A DNA stretch of 64,000 bases from an uncultured virus (IMG/VR IMGVR_UViG_3300031673_000024) (taxonomy: Duplodnaviria > Heunggongvirae > Uroviricota > Caudoviricetes), in the IMG/VR virus record IMGVR_UViG_3300031673_000024. One strand, given 5' to 3'. The number at the start of each line of letters is the position of its first letter. Within the stretch, counting starts at the first letter, position 1. The translations under genes and the position numbers were made by a program. Below the pieces are notes generated by a model, which was given only the letters and a program-made list of their open reading frames with translations, did not search any database and had not been told where the DNA came from. Below are positions 10,158 to 20,078 of this stretch, piece by piece.

Positions 10158-10991
10158 TTACGGCTCGGCACTGTAAGCGGCGATGACGTCGGACTCGTTC
10201 GCCCCGTAGCAGACGCATGAGATGATTGCGGACTTGTTCGCGTCGAGGGAGACCGGAGCGCTGGACCCGATGAACACCCACCCAGCAGGGAAGGCCAACG
10301 TGTGCGACGAACCATCACAGACAAGACGCATGGACACCTGACGCGCAGGTCCATAGTTGGCGCCCACAAACACAACATCCCCGGTCAAGGACATCGTTCG
10401 GTACACCGGCAGCACGGGGTCGAAGTCGAAGTTTACGGTAGCGCCATAGGTGATCGTGGACACCGTGACGGGATCGACTACGTTGACGTAGGGTCCGCCA
10501 TTCTCCGAAATCTGGAGAGAGGTACCGTTGAAGTACATGCGGGCCTGGCCCACAGCCGACACCTGCGGGAGTGTGGTCTGAAGCCACTTCAGGATGTCCA
10601 CAAGCTGCTCACTCGGGATTCGAGCGGGCGATGGGGTAGGTGCTACGCCAGCAGTCGGAACGGAGAGCCAGAGCTTGTCAATCGCTCCAGACAACTCCCT
10701 GGTCGATGCGGCAGTTTTCCACCAATCGATAGTGGCGTATTGCAAAAGGTCGTAGGTTCGGTGGGGGCGAAGGTTCACGACCTTTCGTTCGCCTGCGTTT
10801 GGTCCCGTAGCGACGATCTGGATCTCACCTCGCGTTTCGACGAACACGGGCAAGGAGGTAGGGTTCTCCGACTGGAGAATGGCGAACAGCTTTGCGCGCT
10901 CGATCGACGGGTTTGATGCCATGCTGCCGCTGTCCTTGGTTGCGTCTCCTCCCAAGGGTGTGCCATTGACGGGTTGGTTGACCGTCGGCAT
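10158..10991 (-). CDS. Virion structural protein, fibre-type modules (start corrected to ATG 10991)
   Basis: GAGGG upstream of ATG 10991 (MPTVNQP); the longer ORF would overlap the divergent clamp gene. Shares modules with 9234, 6281 and 1..2787. Confidence 0.6.
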   Translation of the reverse strand: MPTVNQPVNGTPLGGDATKDSGSMASNPSIERAKLFAILQSENPTSLPVFVETRGEIQIVATGPNAGERKVVNLRPHRTYDLLQYATIDWWKTAASTRELSGAIDKLWLSVPTAGVAPTPSPARIPSEQLVDILKWLQTTLPQVSAVGQARMYFNGTSLQISENGGPYVNVVDPVTVSTITYGATVNFDFDPVLPVYRTMSLTGDVVFVGANYGPARQVSMRLVCDGSSHTLAFPAGWVFIGSSAPVSLDANKSAIISCVCYGANESDVIAAYSAEP

Positions 10992-11035
10992 GATGCCCTC
11001 GCCTACCACCAGAACCAACACAGGAGCTACCCACC

Positions 11036-12541
11036 ATGCGTTTTGAGGCCAAGAAGAAGCACCTTGCTTCTGCCATCTCCGACATCTTGTCGCTTTCAAC
11101 CGCCCTTGACTTGGGTGACGGATCGACTCTCGTTCTCAAGTCGAACGGCAAGACCCTCAAGGTATCCACGATGTACGCCGAGGCGATCGTGGACGAGGTC
11201 GTCGTCAAGGAGAAGGGGACAGTCGTCGCCGATAGAGCCAGCCTGACGCAAGCGCTGAAGGTGTCCGGCGAGACTTTCAAGTTTAGCGCTGACGAGGGGG
11301 CTTCTTCTGGCTTCTTCACATGCGGAAGGTCTAAGGGTCCGGTGTCCCTGCGTAGCGAGGACGTCCTCTCAGCCCTGGAGAACGCCCCGAAGGGTCATGT
11401 GCATGTACCCGGACTCGCTTCTCTTCTCAGTTCCATCTCCTTGAAGTCGTCAGGACAGACAACCGACCGTACACTTCACTTCAGCAGCAAAGACCATTGC
11501 GTTCGCGGGGAGGCTTCGGACGGCTTCCGCGGTGTGACGACGCTTGCTGTCACTGGGGAGGATGACGAATTCGAGTCTGTCTCCCTGAGCCTCCCGCAGA
11601 AGGCGACCGATGCCTTGGCCAAGCTCGTGAACGACGCTCGCGTCGGGTTCGACGAGAACGTGTTCTTCGTGTCTAGCCTCGGGTTCCGCTGCGTGGTTCC
11701 TTTGTCCTCTAACGCGCCGCTGCACATCAGCGATCAGATCGCCGGGTGGCTTGGTGATCAGGACTTCTTTGGGGAGATCGTGGTGTCCGTTGGCGAAGCC
11801 CGCTCTGCGCTCGCCGACGTCATGTCCATGGTCAACTCCCCTTCCGCGCGCTTGGTCGTCAAGGTCGATGGTTCCTCTGACGCCAAGTTCGAGGGGAACT
11901 CTGATGCGGGCGAAGTGGAGGCCGACTTCAACGTCGTCTCTACCAACCTCCGGGTCGAGAGCATCACCTTCGCCGTGTCGGGCGCCTACTTGAAGGAGTG
12001 CATCGACTTCTACAAGGGCGACAACATCAAGATCGCCGTGTACCGCCAGGCACTTGCAATCAACATGGGGGAGCCGAACGACCACATCACCTCTCACATC
12101 ACGGTTGTACCGCTTCTCGACGAGATCGACAGCGCCATCAAGCCGAAGGGCGACGGGTCCAAGAAGAAGCCCGCTCCGGAACCCGAGCCGGACGAGGAAG
12201 AAGACGAGGACGATGAGGACGAAGCTCCTCCACCGCCCAAGAAGAAGGCTGACAAGAAGAAGAAGCCTGAGCCTGAGCCTGAGGAAGAAGACGATGAGGA
12301 CGAGGCTGAGGAAGAAGACGATGAGGACGAGGCTGAGGAAGAAGACGATGAGGACGAGGCTCCTCCACCGCCCAAGAAGAAGAAGGCTGACAAGGCTACC
12401 AAGAAGAAGCCTGAGCCTGAGCCTGAGGACGAGGACGAGGAAGAAGACGATGAGGAAGCAGCGGCAGCGGACGGCGAGGCCAGCGCGGATGACCCCGACC
12501 TCGACGAAGAGGATGACGAGGAGTGGGATGACGAGGACTAA
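11036..12541 (+). CDS. dnaN: DNA polymerase sliding clamp (DnaN/beta-like) with ~135-aa acidic/Lys-rich C-terminal tail
   Basis: ~365-aa body with MRFEAKKKHL start, ASDGFR (cf. ATDGHR) and FAVSGAYLKECI (cf. FNxxYLxDxL) in the expected order; AGGAG RBS. Confidence 0.65.
   Translation: MRFEAKKKHLASAISDILSLSTALDLGDGSTLVLKSNGKTLKVSTMYAEAIVDEVVVKEKGTVVADRASLTQALKVSGETFKFSADEGASSGFFTCGRSKGPVSLRSEDVLSALENAPKGHVHVPGLASLLSSISLKSSGQTTDRTLHFSSKDHCVRGEASDGFRGVTTLAVTGEDDEFESVSLSLPQKATDALAKLVNDARVGFDENVFFVSSLGFRCVVPLSSNAPLHISDQIAGWLGDQDFFGEIVVSVGEARSALADVMSMVNSPSARLVVKVDGSSDAKFEGNSDAGEVEADFNVVSTNLRVESITFAVSGAYLKECIDFYKGDNIKIAVYRQALAINMGEPNDHITSHITVVPLLDEIDSAIKPKGDGSKKKPAPEPEPDEEEDEDDEDEAPPPPKKKADKKKKPEPEPEEEDDEDEAEEEDDEDEAEEEDDEDEAPPPPKKKKADKATKKKPEPEPEDEDEEEDDEEAAAADGEASADDPDLDEEDDEEWDDED
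12281..12361 (+). repeat. 27-bp tandem repeat x3 (GAGGAAGAAGACGATGAGGACGAGGCT; EEEDDEDEA)
   Basis: Three exact copies read directly, flanked by a duplicated PPPPKKK..DK..KKKPEPEPE-coding block. Confidence 0.95.
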
Positions 12542-12544
12542 CCG

Positions 12545-13084
12545 ATGATGGTTCCTGACCCGTATCTCAATCCCTCGCTGTGGCGCCAAATGAACATTGG
12601 TGCTCTCTACACGATCGACCCAGACGGGACGGTACACCCAGGAGACTCAAAGAGCGCAGCCTCGGTCTATCGTCCCGCCTCACTCATCCCCACGTTCGTC
12701 TTGTGCCGCATCTCCGAGAGCACGAAGAGGCTGGACAATGGCCTGACGCTGGACGAAGTTGCTTCTGGTGCTTGGGGAAAGCTCCACCTGGTCATGGGAT
12801 CAGGATCGACTATTGGGGCTCTTATGAGTGTTAGCTCAGAGGTCTTTGGGTCCTGCCACCGCACCCCGGACGGAGTGCATCTTGTGCGTCCGCTCGATGC
12901 ATCGAGCTTGGTAGCCCCTGTAACCAAGCCTCTGTTCTCCTTCAAGACGTTCCGATCGTTCCGTATCGGCCCTGCCGATGATGACGCTGCCCCCCATGAT
13001 CTGATGCTGACGGCGAAGAAGCGCTGGTTCCGCAAGCGCAACAACCCAAAGTTCCTTGGCTTCAGCAAGGACGACAAGCTATGA
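12545..13084 (+). CDS. Hypothetical protein
   Basis: 179 aa, starts 3 nt after the clamp stop, ATGA overlap with next gene. Confidence 0.6.
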   Translation: MMVPDPYLNPSLWRQMNIGALYTIDPDGTVHPGDSKSAASVYRPASLIPTFVLCRISESTKRLDNGLTLDEVASGAWGKLHLVMGSGSTIGALMSVSSEVFGSCHRTPDGVHLVRPLDASSLVAPVTKPLFSFKTFRSFRIGPADDDAAPHDLMLTAKKRWFRKRNNPKFLGFSKDDKL

Positions 13085-13776
13085 GCTACCTGGCCCTTCT
13101 TCCAGACCTCACGTTCCTCGTCTGCGATACGCTTGAGGAAGCGTATCGCCTCGCGGCGACGCGGCGCCTGTGTTCCTACGACATGATCTCCTGGAAGGTT
13201 CTTGGCACCAACCCAGACCTACATAAAGAGAAGCTCCGGCTGCTCGCTGGTCAGTATTCCGACGCTGCGCTCTGGGTGCCCTGGGTAGGGGAGTGGGCTG
13301 CCGAGCCGCACGGCAGCGACCCGACCTTCTACGGGACCGAGAGAGAGCTTGTAGAAGCGAACAGACAGCGCCGCTCCGCGCAAGAGGTCGACGGGGAGAT
13401 GTTCATCCGTCAAGCGATGGCTGACTACTTGCGCATGGAAGACAGGGTGTCGGCTTGTGAGAAGGAGAACGCGGAGCTTCGGAAGAACCTGCGGACGCAG
13501 GCGACGCGGAACACGGGCCTTCAACGCCAGAACCAGGAGGCGATGGAGGAGAACAACGCGCTCAAGTCGGGCTCCGTCAAGAGCGGGTCTGAGATGATGA
13601 CGACCGAAGAAGCACAACTCAGGCTGCACAAGAAGGTGAGCCACGCGGAGCAGATGCTCCTCGCGATTGCGCAGCGCCTCGCTACGAACGTCCCCATCCA
13701 GACGACAAAGGGCGCCGTGGACGCCTTGTTTGACACCGCCATGATCCGTATCGTCCTCCCCTACGTGGTGGGCTGA
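13081..13776 (+). CDS. Hypothetical coiled-coil protein
   Basis: 231 aa, ATGA overlap, central heptad-like region. Confidence 0.6.
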   Translation: MSYLALLPDLTFLVCDTLEEAYRLAATRRLCSYDMISWKVLGTNPDLHKEKLRLLAGQYSDAALWVPWVGEWAAEPHGSDPTFYGTERELVEANRQRRSAQEVDGEMFIRQAMADYLRMEDRVSACEKENAELRKNLRTQATRNTGLQRQNQEAMEENNALKSGSVKSGSEMMTTEEAQLRLHKKVSHAEQMLLAIAQRLATNVPIQTTKGAVDALFDTAMIRIVLPYVVG

Positions 13777-13781
13777 CTAAG

Positions 13782-13904
13782 ATGGCAAAGATGAATGTTG
13801 AGGTCGGCGAAGTTGTAGAGGTCATCCCCCTTGGCGGAAAGCCTCGTGACGCCCATGTGCTCGCCATCAACCGCGTCATGTCAAAGGTGAAGGACGGTAC
13901 CTGA
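13782..13904 (+). CDS. Small hypothetical protein (40 aa; below ORF-track cutoff)
   Basis: MAKMNVEVGEVVEVIPLGG...; stop overlaps next start (TGATG). Confidence 0.4.
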   Translation: MAKMNVEVGEVVEVIPLGGKPRDAHVLAINRVMSKVKDGT

Positions 13905-14125
13905 TGGCCAAGTGGAGGGTTGCCACGTGCTGGTACGTCTGGCACTACGAGGACGTTGAAGCTGATGACGAGGACCAGGCCCTCGACATGGGCCGTGAGC
14001 CTACTCCATTGGTCAACGGCGCCTTGGGTCCATCCAACCAAGGGAAGCTGGATGTCGGCGGGTTCATGGATGGAGTCCCCAGCTACGCGGAACGGATCGA
14101 AGAAGAGACAGAACGAGACGAGTAA
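13904..14125 (+). CDS. Small hypothetical phage protein
   Basis: 73 aa, VEADDEDQA motif typical of small phage proteins, TGATG coupling. Confidence 0.55.
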   Translation: MAKWRVATCWYVWHYEDVEADDEDQALDMGREPTPLVNGALGPSNQGKLDVGGFMDGVPSYAERIEEETERDE

Positions 14126-14141
14126 CTCCGAGGATTGAGCA

Positions 14142-14417
14142 ATGGATGGTCTAAAGACAGCACCCGGACGCGAGGGTGTTGGCGGGTTTGACGGTAGTAC
14201 CGGCATCTACATCAGAGCGATCGGCCTCGATGGTCGCTTTGGTAGCTTCGATATCGCCGAACTGGATGCTCCGAGCCTGCTCGCGTTCCTGCGCAGCCGA
14301 GGCGGGGACAACCGATGGGCGGAGGATTGCTGCGGCATCATCCTCGGTCACGGGCACCTGCACCTCCCGGTCCTGTTTGAGATTGACGACGACACCGAAG
14401 GAGGCCGTGATGACTGA
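14142..14417 (+). CDS. Small hypothetical protein
   Basis: 91 aa, GAGG upstream, overlaps next gene start. Confidence 0.55.
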   Translation: MDGLKTAPGREGVGGFDGSTGIYIRAIGLDGRFGSFDIAELDAPSLLAFLRSRGGDNRWAEDCCGIILGHGHLHLPVLFEIDDDTEGGRDD

Positions 14418-14775
14418 GTGTGGACTCTGCTCGTACGAACTGGTTGGCGAGACGTGCCCAGACTGCATGGATACGCCTGCCGTGGCCGCGTTGCTGGCTG
14501 AGCGAGACGCCCTCCGCGCCGAGATCGAACGGCTCAAGGCGAAGGTGGAGCGGCTGGCGAAGTACGCGCAGAACGCCAGGGTAAACCTCGACCGCGCAGA
14601 GATGGCAGAGGACGAGATCGATCGGCTCAAGGCGAAGGTGGAGCGGTGGCGGACAGTCGTCAGCGACCTGCTCGACGACGCCGAGATCGAGCGGCTGCGT
14701 GACAGGCTGGCCGACGCAGGACTCATCGCCCCGACGACACCGAAGTCGACGACAAGAGTGCTAAACTTTGACTGA
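14410..14775 (+). CDS. Zn-finger plus coiled-coil accessory protein
   Basis: GGAGG RBS then MTECGLC...CPDC; EI.RLKAKVER duplicated, near-identical DNA at 14521-14553 and 14614-14646. Confidence 0.55.
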   Translation: MTECGLCSYELVGETCPDCMDTPAVAALLAERDALRAEIERLKAKVERLAKYAQNARVNLDRAEMAEDEIDRLKAKVERWRTVVSDLLDDAEIERLRDRLADAGLIAPTTPKSTTRVLNFD

Positions 14776-15403
14776 CCTAGAAGAAGCGCTAGACGCCGTC
14801 ATAGAACACACCGCGATCGTCTCCGAGATTCGATCCGACCTCGTGCTGCGCAGGCTCGTGAAGAGCTATCAGAAGGCTGGGTTTGCAAAGTTTGACGAGG
14901 ACGAGATCGGAGACGAGCTTCGTGACCTCTCCGACAGGGTCGCCTTCGACACCTCGGCCTTCCCCATCGACGCCATCGAGGGGATCAAAGCCGCTGCCTC
15001 CGCACGCATGGACCTGCAAGCCGCGCGTGACCGACTGGTTTCACTATCTCGTAAGCTGCGTGAAGGAATCTCAAAGTCCTCTCGTGTGCTCCGCGTCGGG
15101 CTTGTGTACATCAGACAGCGTGATGACATCAAACGTGTCCCTACAGCGAAGCACAAAGACGACGTAGCCAATGTTTCCTTGCGCGAGATAGTGGAGAGCT
15201 ACGAGAGCATGAAATTGCTTCTTGATGAGGTCAAGGAGACGCTCTCGGCCATTGACGACAAGTCCAAAGTGCTGGACGCTTGGTTCCTGCTACACAAGCA
15301 GTACGTCTTCATGTCAGGAGACCGAGGTCCACGCGGTGAGCAAGACACGAACGACGAAGCACGAAGACAACTCGGAAAGAAGCGACAGCGCAGTCTCGAT
15401 TGA
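14768..15403 (+). CDS. Helical/coiled-coil protein (weak resemblance to UvsY-type recombination mediators)
   Basis: 211 aa all-helical pattern; the functional resemblance is impressionistic. Confidence 0.45.
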   Translation: MTDLEEALDAVIEHTAIVSEIRSDLVLRRLVKSYQKAGFAKFDEDEIGDELRDLSDRVAFDTSAFPIDAIEGIKAAASARMDLQAARDRLVSLSRKLREGISKSSRVLRVGLVYIRQRDDIKRVPTAKHKDDVANVSLREIVESYESMKLLLDEVKETLSAIDDKSKVLDAWFLLHKQYVFMSGDRGPRGEQDTNDEARRQLGKKRQRSLD

Positions 15404-15848
15404 TCATGGCGCTGCTGCGAGCGGGTCTGCTGATGGGAAGCTGACGTCTGAGCAGCGTACGCGCCTGGCGAGTCGTCTCCCGGAAGCCAACGCGGTCCTT
15501 CAAGACATCGAAGACCGTATGCTGGCTCTCACCGTTGCGGCAACCGCGCGGTGGAACCCCACACAATCCATCTACGATACCGACGAGAACTCTACGCCCG
15601 TCATGGGCGACGAGGACTACGCCCACTTCCTGGCTTTGGTCGAGGAGATGGCGGAACACGCTCTGTTCCGTTCGGTAGCACTGTTCATGGGTCTACCGAA
15701 CGAGATCGTCGATGCCGTGGTGACCAACAACTTGGCTGGCAAGCTGTCCTCGTCGCCCTCTGGGTTGAAGAACGCCGCCAATCCCTTCGTGGTGCGTCGC
15801 CACTCGTCTGCTCCTCCGGTTGACCTGTCTCGTCGAGGTGACCTGTGA
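15222..15848 (+). CDS. Hypothetical protein (true start probably downstream of ~15400)
   Basis: Fills the gap between neighbours, GTGA overlap at the 3' end; start unresolved. Confidence 0.5.
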   Translation: MMRSRRRSRPLTTSPKCWTLGSCYTSSTSSCQETEVHAVSKTRTTKHEDNSERSDSAVSIDHGAAASGSADGKLTSEQRTRLASRLPEANAVLQDIEDRMLALTVAATARWNPTQSIYDTDENSTPVMGDEDYAHFLALVEEMAEHALFRSVALFMGLPNEIVDAVVTNNLAGKLSSSPSGLKNAANPFVVRRHSSAPPVDLSRRGDL

Positions 15849-16396
15849 CGCTTGCTTACTACGCCATCGTAACCGACGCCGAAGAAGTCGGGACCATGGC
15901 CGCTGTCTTGGGCGGTCAGCCGGGGCTGCTCGTGACCTCCCTTACGGAAGCCCCAGAGGAGAGCGTGAGAGCGGTTCTGACGGAGCCTGGGGTGCTGCTC
16001 CGGGTCGAGGCAGCCCAGCACTTCTGCGAGCCTCTCGTGCCGGCTCGCGGCGCCGTGTGGCCAAAGTCCAGGGAGAGCACGATCTCGGTCATGGCGGCGG
16101 CGCCGCAGACCCTCCGGGGTTGGATGCTCCGCAACCTGTTGTGGCAAGCCGCTTGTGGCGGGTTCTTGTACCGGGTCACGGACGTGGCCACGCGCAACTT
16201 AGACCTCGCGGTCCACATGACGGTAGCTCGTGCCCTTGGGCAGACGGTCATCGGCATCATGCCCTTCGACCTCCGCACCGTCTTGGAGACACCTGCTCTG
16301 TCGATGACCGATCACATCGTCGGAGAAGCAGACCACCGCGCACTGTCCCTCGTACTTGGGAGCCTGACGGAGAGCCCTACTACCGCAGGCGAGTAA
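15845..16396 (+). CDS. Hypothetical protein
   Basis: 183 aa, GAGG RBS, GTGA overlap. Confidence 0.55.
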   Translation: MTLAYYAIVTDAEEVGTMAAVLGGQPGLLVTSLTEAPEESVRAVLTEPGVLLRVEAAQHFCEPLVPARGAVWPKSRESTISVMAAAPQTLRGWMLRNLLWQAACGGFLYRVTDVATRNLDLAVHMTVARALGQTVIGIMPFDLRTVLETPALSMTDHIVGEADHRALSLVLGSLTESPTTAGE

Positions 16397-16400
16397 GCGA

Positions 16401-19400
16401 ATGCCAAATCCCGCAGCAACTGTCATCCTTCTTTCCAAGAAGGCAAAGGCAGAAGGTCGTTCTTTCAAAGAAGAGATGGCGGCGTACAACGCCCTGACGC
16501 GCGATGAAAAGGACACTCTCATCCTCCTACTGGAAGGTGAAGAAGAAGGGGATATCTACGAGGAAGAGGCGGCTGCCGCGTCCGCGTCCGAAGACACCAT
16601 CGACGAGGCGAAGTCCACAGCGGGCACCTCCGCCACGGCTACAGCGGCTAAACAGACGGTCGAGGCCAAACGCTCTGCTCAACTCGTAGAGGACGAGCGC
16701 AAAGCGACTGTCAACAACGTTTCGTTGTTCACTAGGGCTGCCGAAGAAGACGCGGCAACGCGCGGCAGCCGTGTGGAGGACGGAACAGCCACGGCGGCAG
16801 ATTTCAACTCGGCAGTCGTTAACAGCCTGTTCGGTACAAGTACAAACACAATCAACGACCAGCTTCCGGACTTCAACCAGCAGTTTCATAACCTGGTGAT
16901 CAACAGGTCCGGGTCAGACAGCGCGGGTGCCACGGTCTTCAGCGGCCTGTCCGATCCCATCGTTGGTGGAAGCTACGAAGCCAACTTACTGAGGGCAGTG
17001 AGGAAAGAGCTGGCTTCTGGTGGCATCACCATGCAAGAGGCGATCGAAACAGTCAAGGTCGCCACAGGTAACAGCGCCGAGGAGATCGAGGACCTTCTGG
17101 GCCTTCCAGAACATAACTTCGCAAAGGTTGATTTCGCTGGCGTTAATGTTGGGGTCCAATCCACGTACCAAGAAGTTGCTTACGTCGACAAGCTGTCCGC
17201 GTACTTCCCTCCTACTGAGCCGGAGAAGCTGATCAAGCTACCTCGCTTGGTCCGCTACGCCGAAGGCGGGCTTGCCGAGGATGAGGAGCCCGTCTTCATC
17301 ATCGATGCTCTTATCTGGGTACAGGGAGTCGAGATTTCACAGTACCTACGTGCTGAGATTCAGGTCACGTTGAACGGAACCGGGGGCGTGAACGAAGCCT
17401 CCTTCACGCTCGACAACTCAGACGACCGCTTCATCTGGACAGAGCATAACCTTGTCAGCATCTACGGAGAGTCTGCTCTGCGAGCCAACGCTCCCTTTAT
17501 CAACAGTTTTGCTAAGAACAATAACGACATGCTGCGTCAGCGGACGGCAGATAAGCTCGACCTGCTACGGGGCATCGAGGAAGGCTTCGCCAACCAGAAT
17601 GATGCTCTGGATTTCGCGGAAGAGTACGGGTCAAAGTCTAGTGGCGTGTCCGCTCGCGTCCTGCTGCAAGAGATGCGAGCGCGGGCCTTCAACCAGAATG
17701 AAGAGATCAAGAAAGAAATCTTCGCCTACAAGGCGGACCCGAAGCGGAACCCACCTATCCGCAACCCGAAGAACACGCTCAACTTCGCTCGCTACGACCT
17801 CGTTCCTGGCCGCTGCATCTTCAATCGCATGGATCCTATCCGCATCTTCACCCTCTACCCGTTCCGGGTTCCGGGCAAGAAGTACGAAGGCGATGAAGGC
17901 CGACCTGAGCTTTGGATGCCTGAGTTCACGGGGTACATTGAGAACGTCTCCATCGACGACGACAACGTACGGGGTGGCAGTAGCATTACTGTCGACTGCA
18001 ACTGCTCACGTCAAGCTATCTTTCGCCGCATGCGGTTGTCGAACGATCTGACCTCCGGCTTGACGGCACCGCTTGACTCGCTTGGCTTCGCTATCCAGAA
18101 GGACACGTTCAGCGGACAGAGTTCTCCTCAGACAGCAGAGGCACAGACGCTACAGGCTGGTTTCCAGAAGAACACAGAGGGCTACTACAACATCGACAAC
18201 ACGCTGTTCTACGACGACATCGTGACGACGATCTACAACCAGCCGTTGCCGAACAAGCCGCTTGAGGGGGCGTTGCGGGAGATTCTTGTTCCGATCGAGC
18301 CGATCACCGTCGAGAAGAACAACCGAGGCGTACGCGGCGTCAAGTTCGGAGGTAACTTCTTCTACGACGCGCTCAACTGGTCGCAGGACGAGTCGCGCAA
18401 GTTCCTGGAGAGCTGGCACAAGTTCTGTCTGTTCGGCCCTAAGCGCCGACCCTGGACACGAGAAGAGGTCGATGAGGTTGGGCGCGGGACTACGACGGAT
18501 GGACCCTACGCACCAAACAAGATCAGGCTGTGGTTCCTGCTGCCGCGCGGCGGCTCAGGCCCGAAGAACCTGGCTGACGTCTCGACCGTCTCGATAGCCA
18601 TGAACCATGAGGTCCAGTGGACCAACCGTCAAGAGATCATCGACAAGTTCGCGTCCTCTATCGACTACAACTTCATGGTGGCACCGACGGGTGACCTCAT
18701 CTGCGAGTTCATGCAGGCGGACTTCCGCCCCGAGGACTATGGGGAGTTCAGAGACACGTTCCGCGTCTCCTCTAACCTCATCTCCTCGCAGTTTGGTGAC
18801 GAGCAGGACATCCCCCCGGCAGGGCTGATCGTCTCGCGGGGCATGGCTGCCGCCGCCGGAGCATCCGACGACATTACCGCTACCGCATACTTGAGAACCT
18901 TCGTGTACTCGCCATACATCGCAGCCCGCTACGGCATTGAGATCGAGCAGGACTCTCTCCCGTTCTTGCAGTTCAGCGATAACGTGTTGGCGCAACAGCG
19001 CTCCGTTATGATGTACCAAAGACTGCTAGCAGCAACGCACGCTCTCAACATGGAGATGGGCTACCGGCCGTTCATCCTGCCTAACAGACCGATCCATCAC
19101 CTGCCTCGCTACCGCATCGGTGCTGCTCTGTCGGTCTCCAAGTCGATCTCGGTAGGGCAGCAGCCGATGAGCAAGGTGTCTGTTGGATTGCAACACGTTC
19201 GCCTGTTCTCGGGTCACTACCGTTCGGCCCAGGACTTCAAGGACTTGAACGACGTACAGCGCCGAGACCTGTCCACCAAGGGCCAGGACCCGGACAACTT
19301 CGCGCAACTTGCTGGCCTGGATTCCCTTACGAGTGCTGACAGCCTGGAGCGTCAGATTTTCTCGACGGTGTGTGGTGGCGAGTCAACCCCGACCTCTGTC

Positions 19401-20078
19401 CGCGTTCCTTGGGGTCCTATCCCCGACGACCCGGAGGCTATCGCAATCCTGGCTCCAGCCTCGGGCATCTATATCATCGATCTGGGCAAGGTGAAGCCCA
19501 AGCCAAGGACAATACCCGCTCCTGCTGACGTACAGGAAGCCGCTGCCGTTGGCGATGCTGTTACTCCCGCGACCTCGTCGGAGTGTGAGGAAGTCCGAGG
19601 TGCTTCCGATGCTTTGCCGGACGAGCCCCCTGACAACTTGCGCGTCTTTGCTCGCGACCCCCTGGACTCCATGAGTGTGCGCTCCGAGTACGGTTGCCGC
19701 ACCCACCCCACGACAAAGAAGCCGGACTTCCATGCTGGGACTGACTTGGTTGCCTCCGCTGGGACCATCGTCTACGCGGTTGCTGACGGTGTGATGACTG
19801 CCAGCACGGGAAGGACAGAACCGAACCTCGGTCTCAAGGCGTTGTTGGGGACGTCTACGGGGGAGACGGTTTGGTACGGCCATCTGTCCGAGGTGCTTGT
19901 GGTCGCTGGGCAGAGCGTGAAGGCCGGCGATCCGATCGGCAAGGTCGGCGCGACCGGGCGGGCTACTGGTGCCCACCTCCACTTCATCACCGCAGCCAAG
20001 GTCGGAGGCAAGGCAAAGAACGTGAACCCGCGTTGGTTCCTACCCGGATTGTCTAGGCCGGCGCAGGGGACGTCGTGA
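16401..20078 (+). CDS. Baseplate hub-like protein with C-terminal M23 metallopeptidase
   Basis: M23 motifs HAGTD (HxxxD), YGHL, G..G.ATGAHLHF (HxH) and VNP; N-terminal region has hub-like features (ASFTLDN, FTGYIENV, ARYG) and precedes spike/wedge/J genes. Confidence 0.75.
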   Translation: MPNPAATVILLSKKAKAEGRSFKEEMAAYNALTRDEKDTLILLLEGEEEGDIYEEEAAAASASEDTIDEAKSTAGTSATATAAKQTVEAKRSAQLVEDERKATVNNVSLFTRAAEEDAATRGSRVEDGTATAADFNSAVVNSLFGTSTNTINDQLPDFNQQFHNLVINRSGSDSAGATVFSGLSDPIVGGSYEANLLRAVRKELASGGITMQEAIETVKVATGNSAEEIEDLLGLPEHNFAKVDFAGVNVGVQSTYQEVAYVDKLSAYFPPTEPEKLIKLPRLVRYAEGGLAEDEEPVFIIDALIWVQGVEISQYLRAEIQVTLNGTGGVNEASFTLDNSDDRFIWTEHNLVSIYGESALRANAPFINSFAKNNNDMLRQRTADKLDLLRGIEEGFANQNDALDFAEEYGSKSSGVSARVLLQEMRARAFNQNEEIKKEIFAYKADPKRNPPIRNPKNTLNFARYDLVPGRCIFNRMDPIRIFTLYPFRVPGKKYEGDEGRPELWMPEFTGYIENVSIDDDNVRGGSSITVDCNCSRQAIFRRMRLSNDLTSGLTAPLDSLGFAIQKDTFSGQSSPQTAEAQTLQAGFQKNTEGYYNIDNTLFYDDIVTTIYNQPLPNKPLEGALREILVPIEPITVEKNNRGVRGVKFGGNFFYDALNWSQDESRKFLESWHKFCLFGPKRRPWTREEVDEVGRGTTTDGPYAPNKIRLWFLLPRGGSGPKNLADVSTVSIAMNHEVQWTNRQEIIDKFASSIDYNFMVAPTGDLICEFMQADFRPEDYGEFRDTFRVSSNLISSQFGDEQDIPPAGLIVSRGMAAAAGASDDITATAYLRTFVYSPYIAARYGIEIEQDSLPFLQFSDNVLAQQRSVMMYQRLLAATHALNMEMGYRPFILPNRPIHHLPRYRIGAALSVSKSISVGQQPMSKVSVGLQHVRLFSGHYRSAQDFKDLNDVQRRDLSTKGQDPDNFAQLAGLDSLTSADSLERQIFSTVCGGESTPTSVRVPWGPIPDDPEAIAILAPASGIYIIDLGKVKPKPRTIPAPADVQEAAAVGDAVTPATSSECEEVRGASDALPDEPPDNLRVFARDPLDSMSVRSEYGCRTHPTTKKPDFHAGTDLVASAGTIVYAVADGVMTASTGRTEPNLGLKALLGTSTGETVWYGHLSEVLVVAGQSVKAGDPIGKVGATGRATGAHLHFITAAKVGGKAKNVNPRWFLPGLSRPAQGTS

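Noticed and set aside
12225..12410. PPKKKK as a eukaryotic NLS implying a giant eukaryotic virus
   Set aside because: Shine-Dalgarno sites, amidase, baseplate J and operon structure indicate a bacteriophage.
12180..12460. Repeats resembling a CRISPR array
   Set aside because: Spacerless in-frame coding repeats for an acidic tail; no cas genes.
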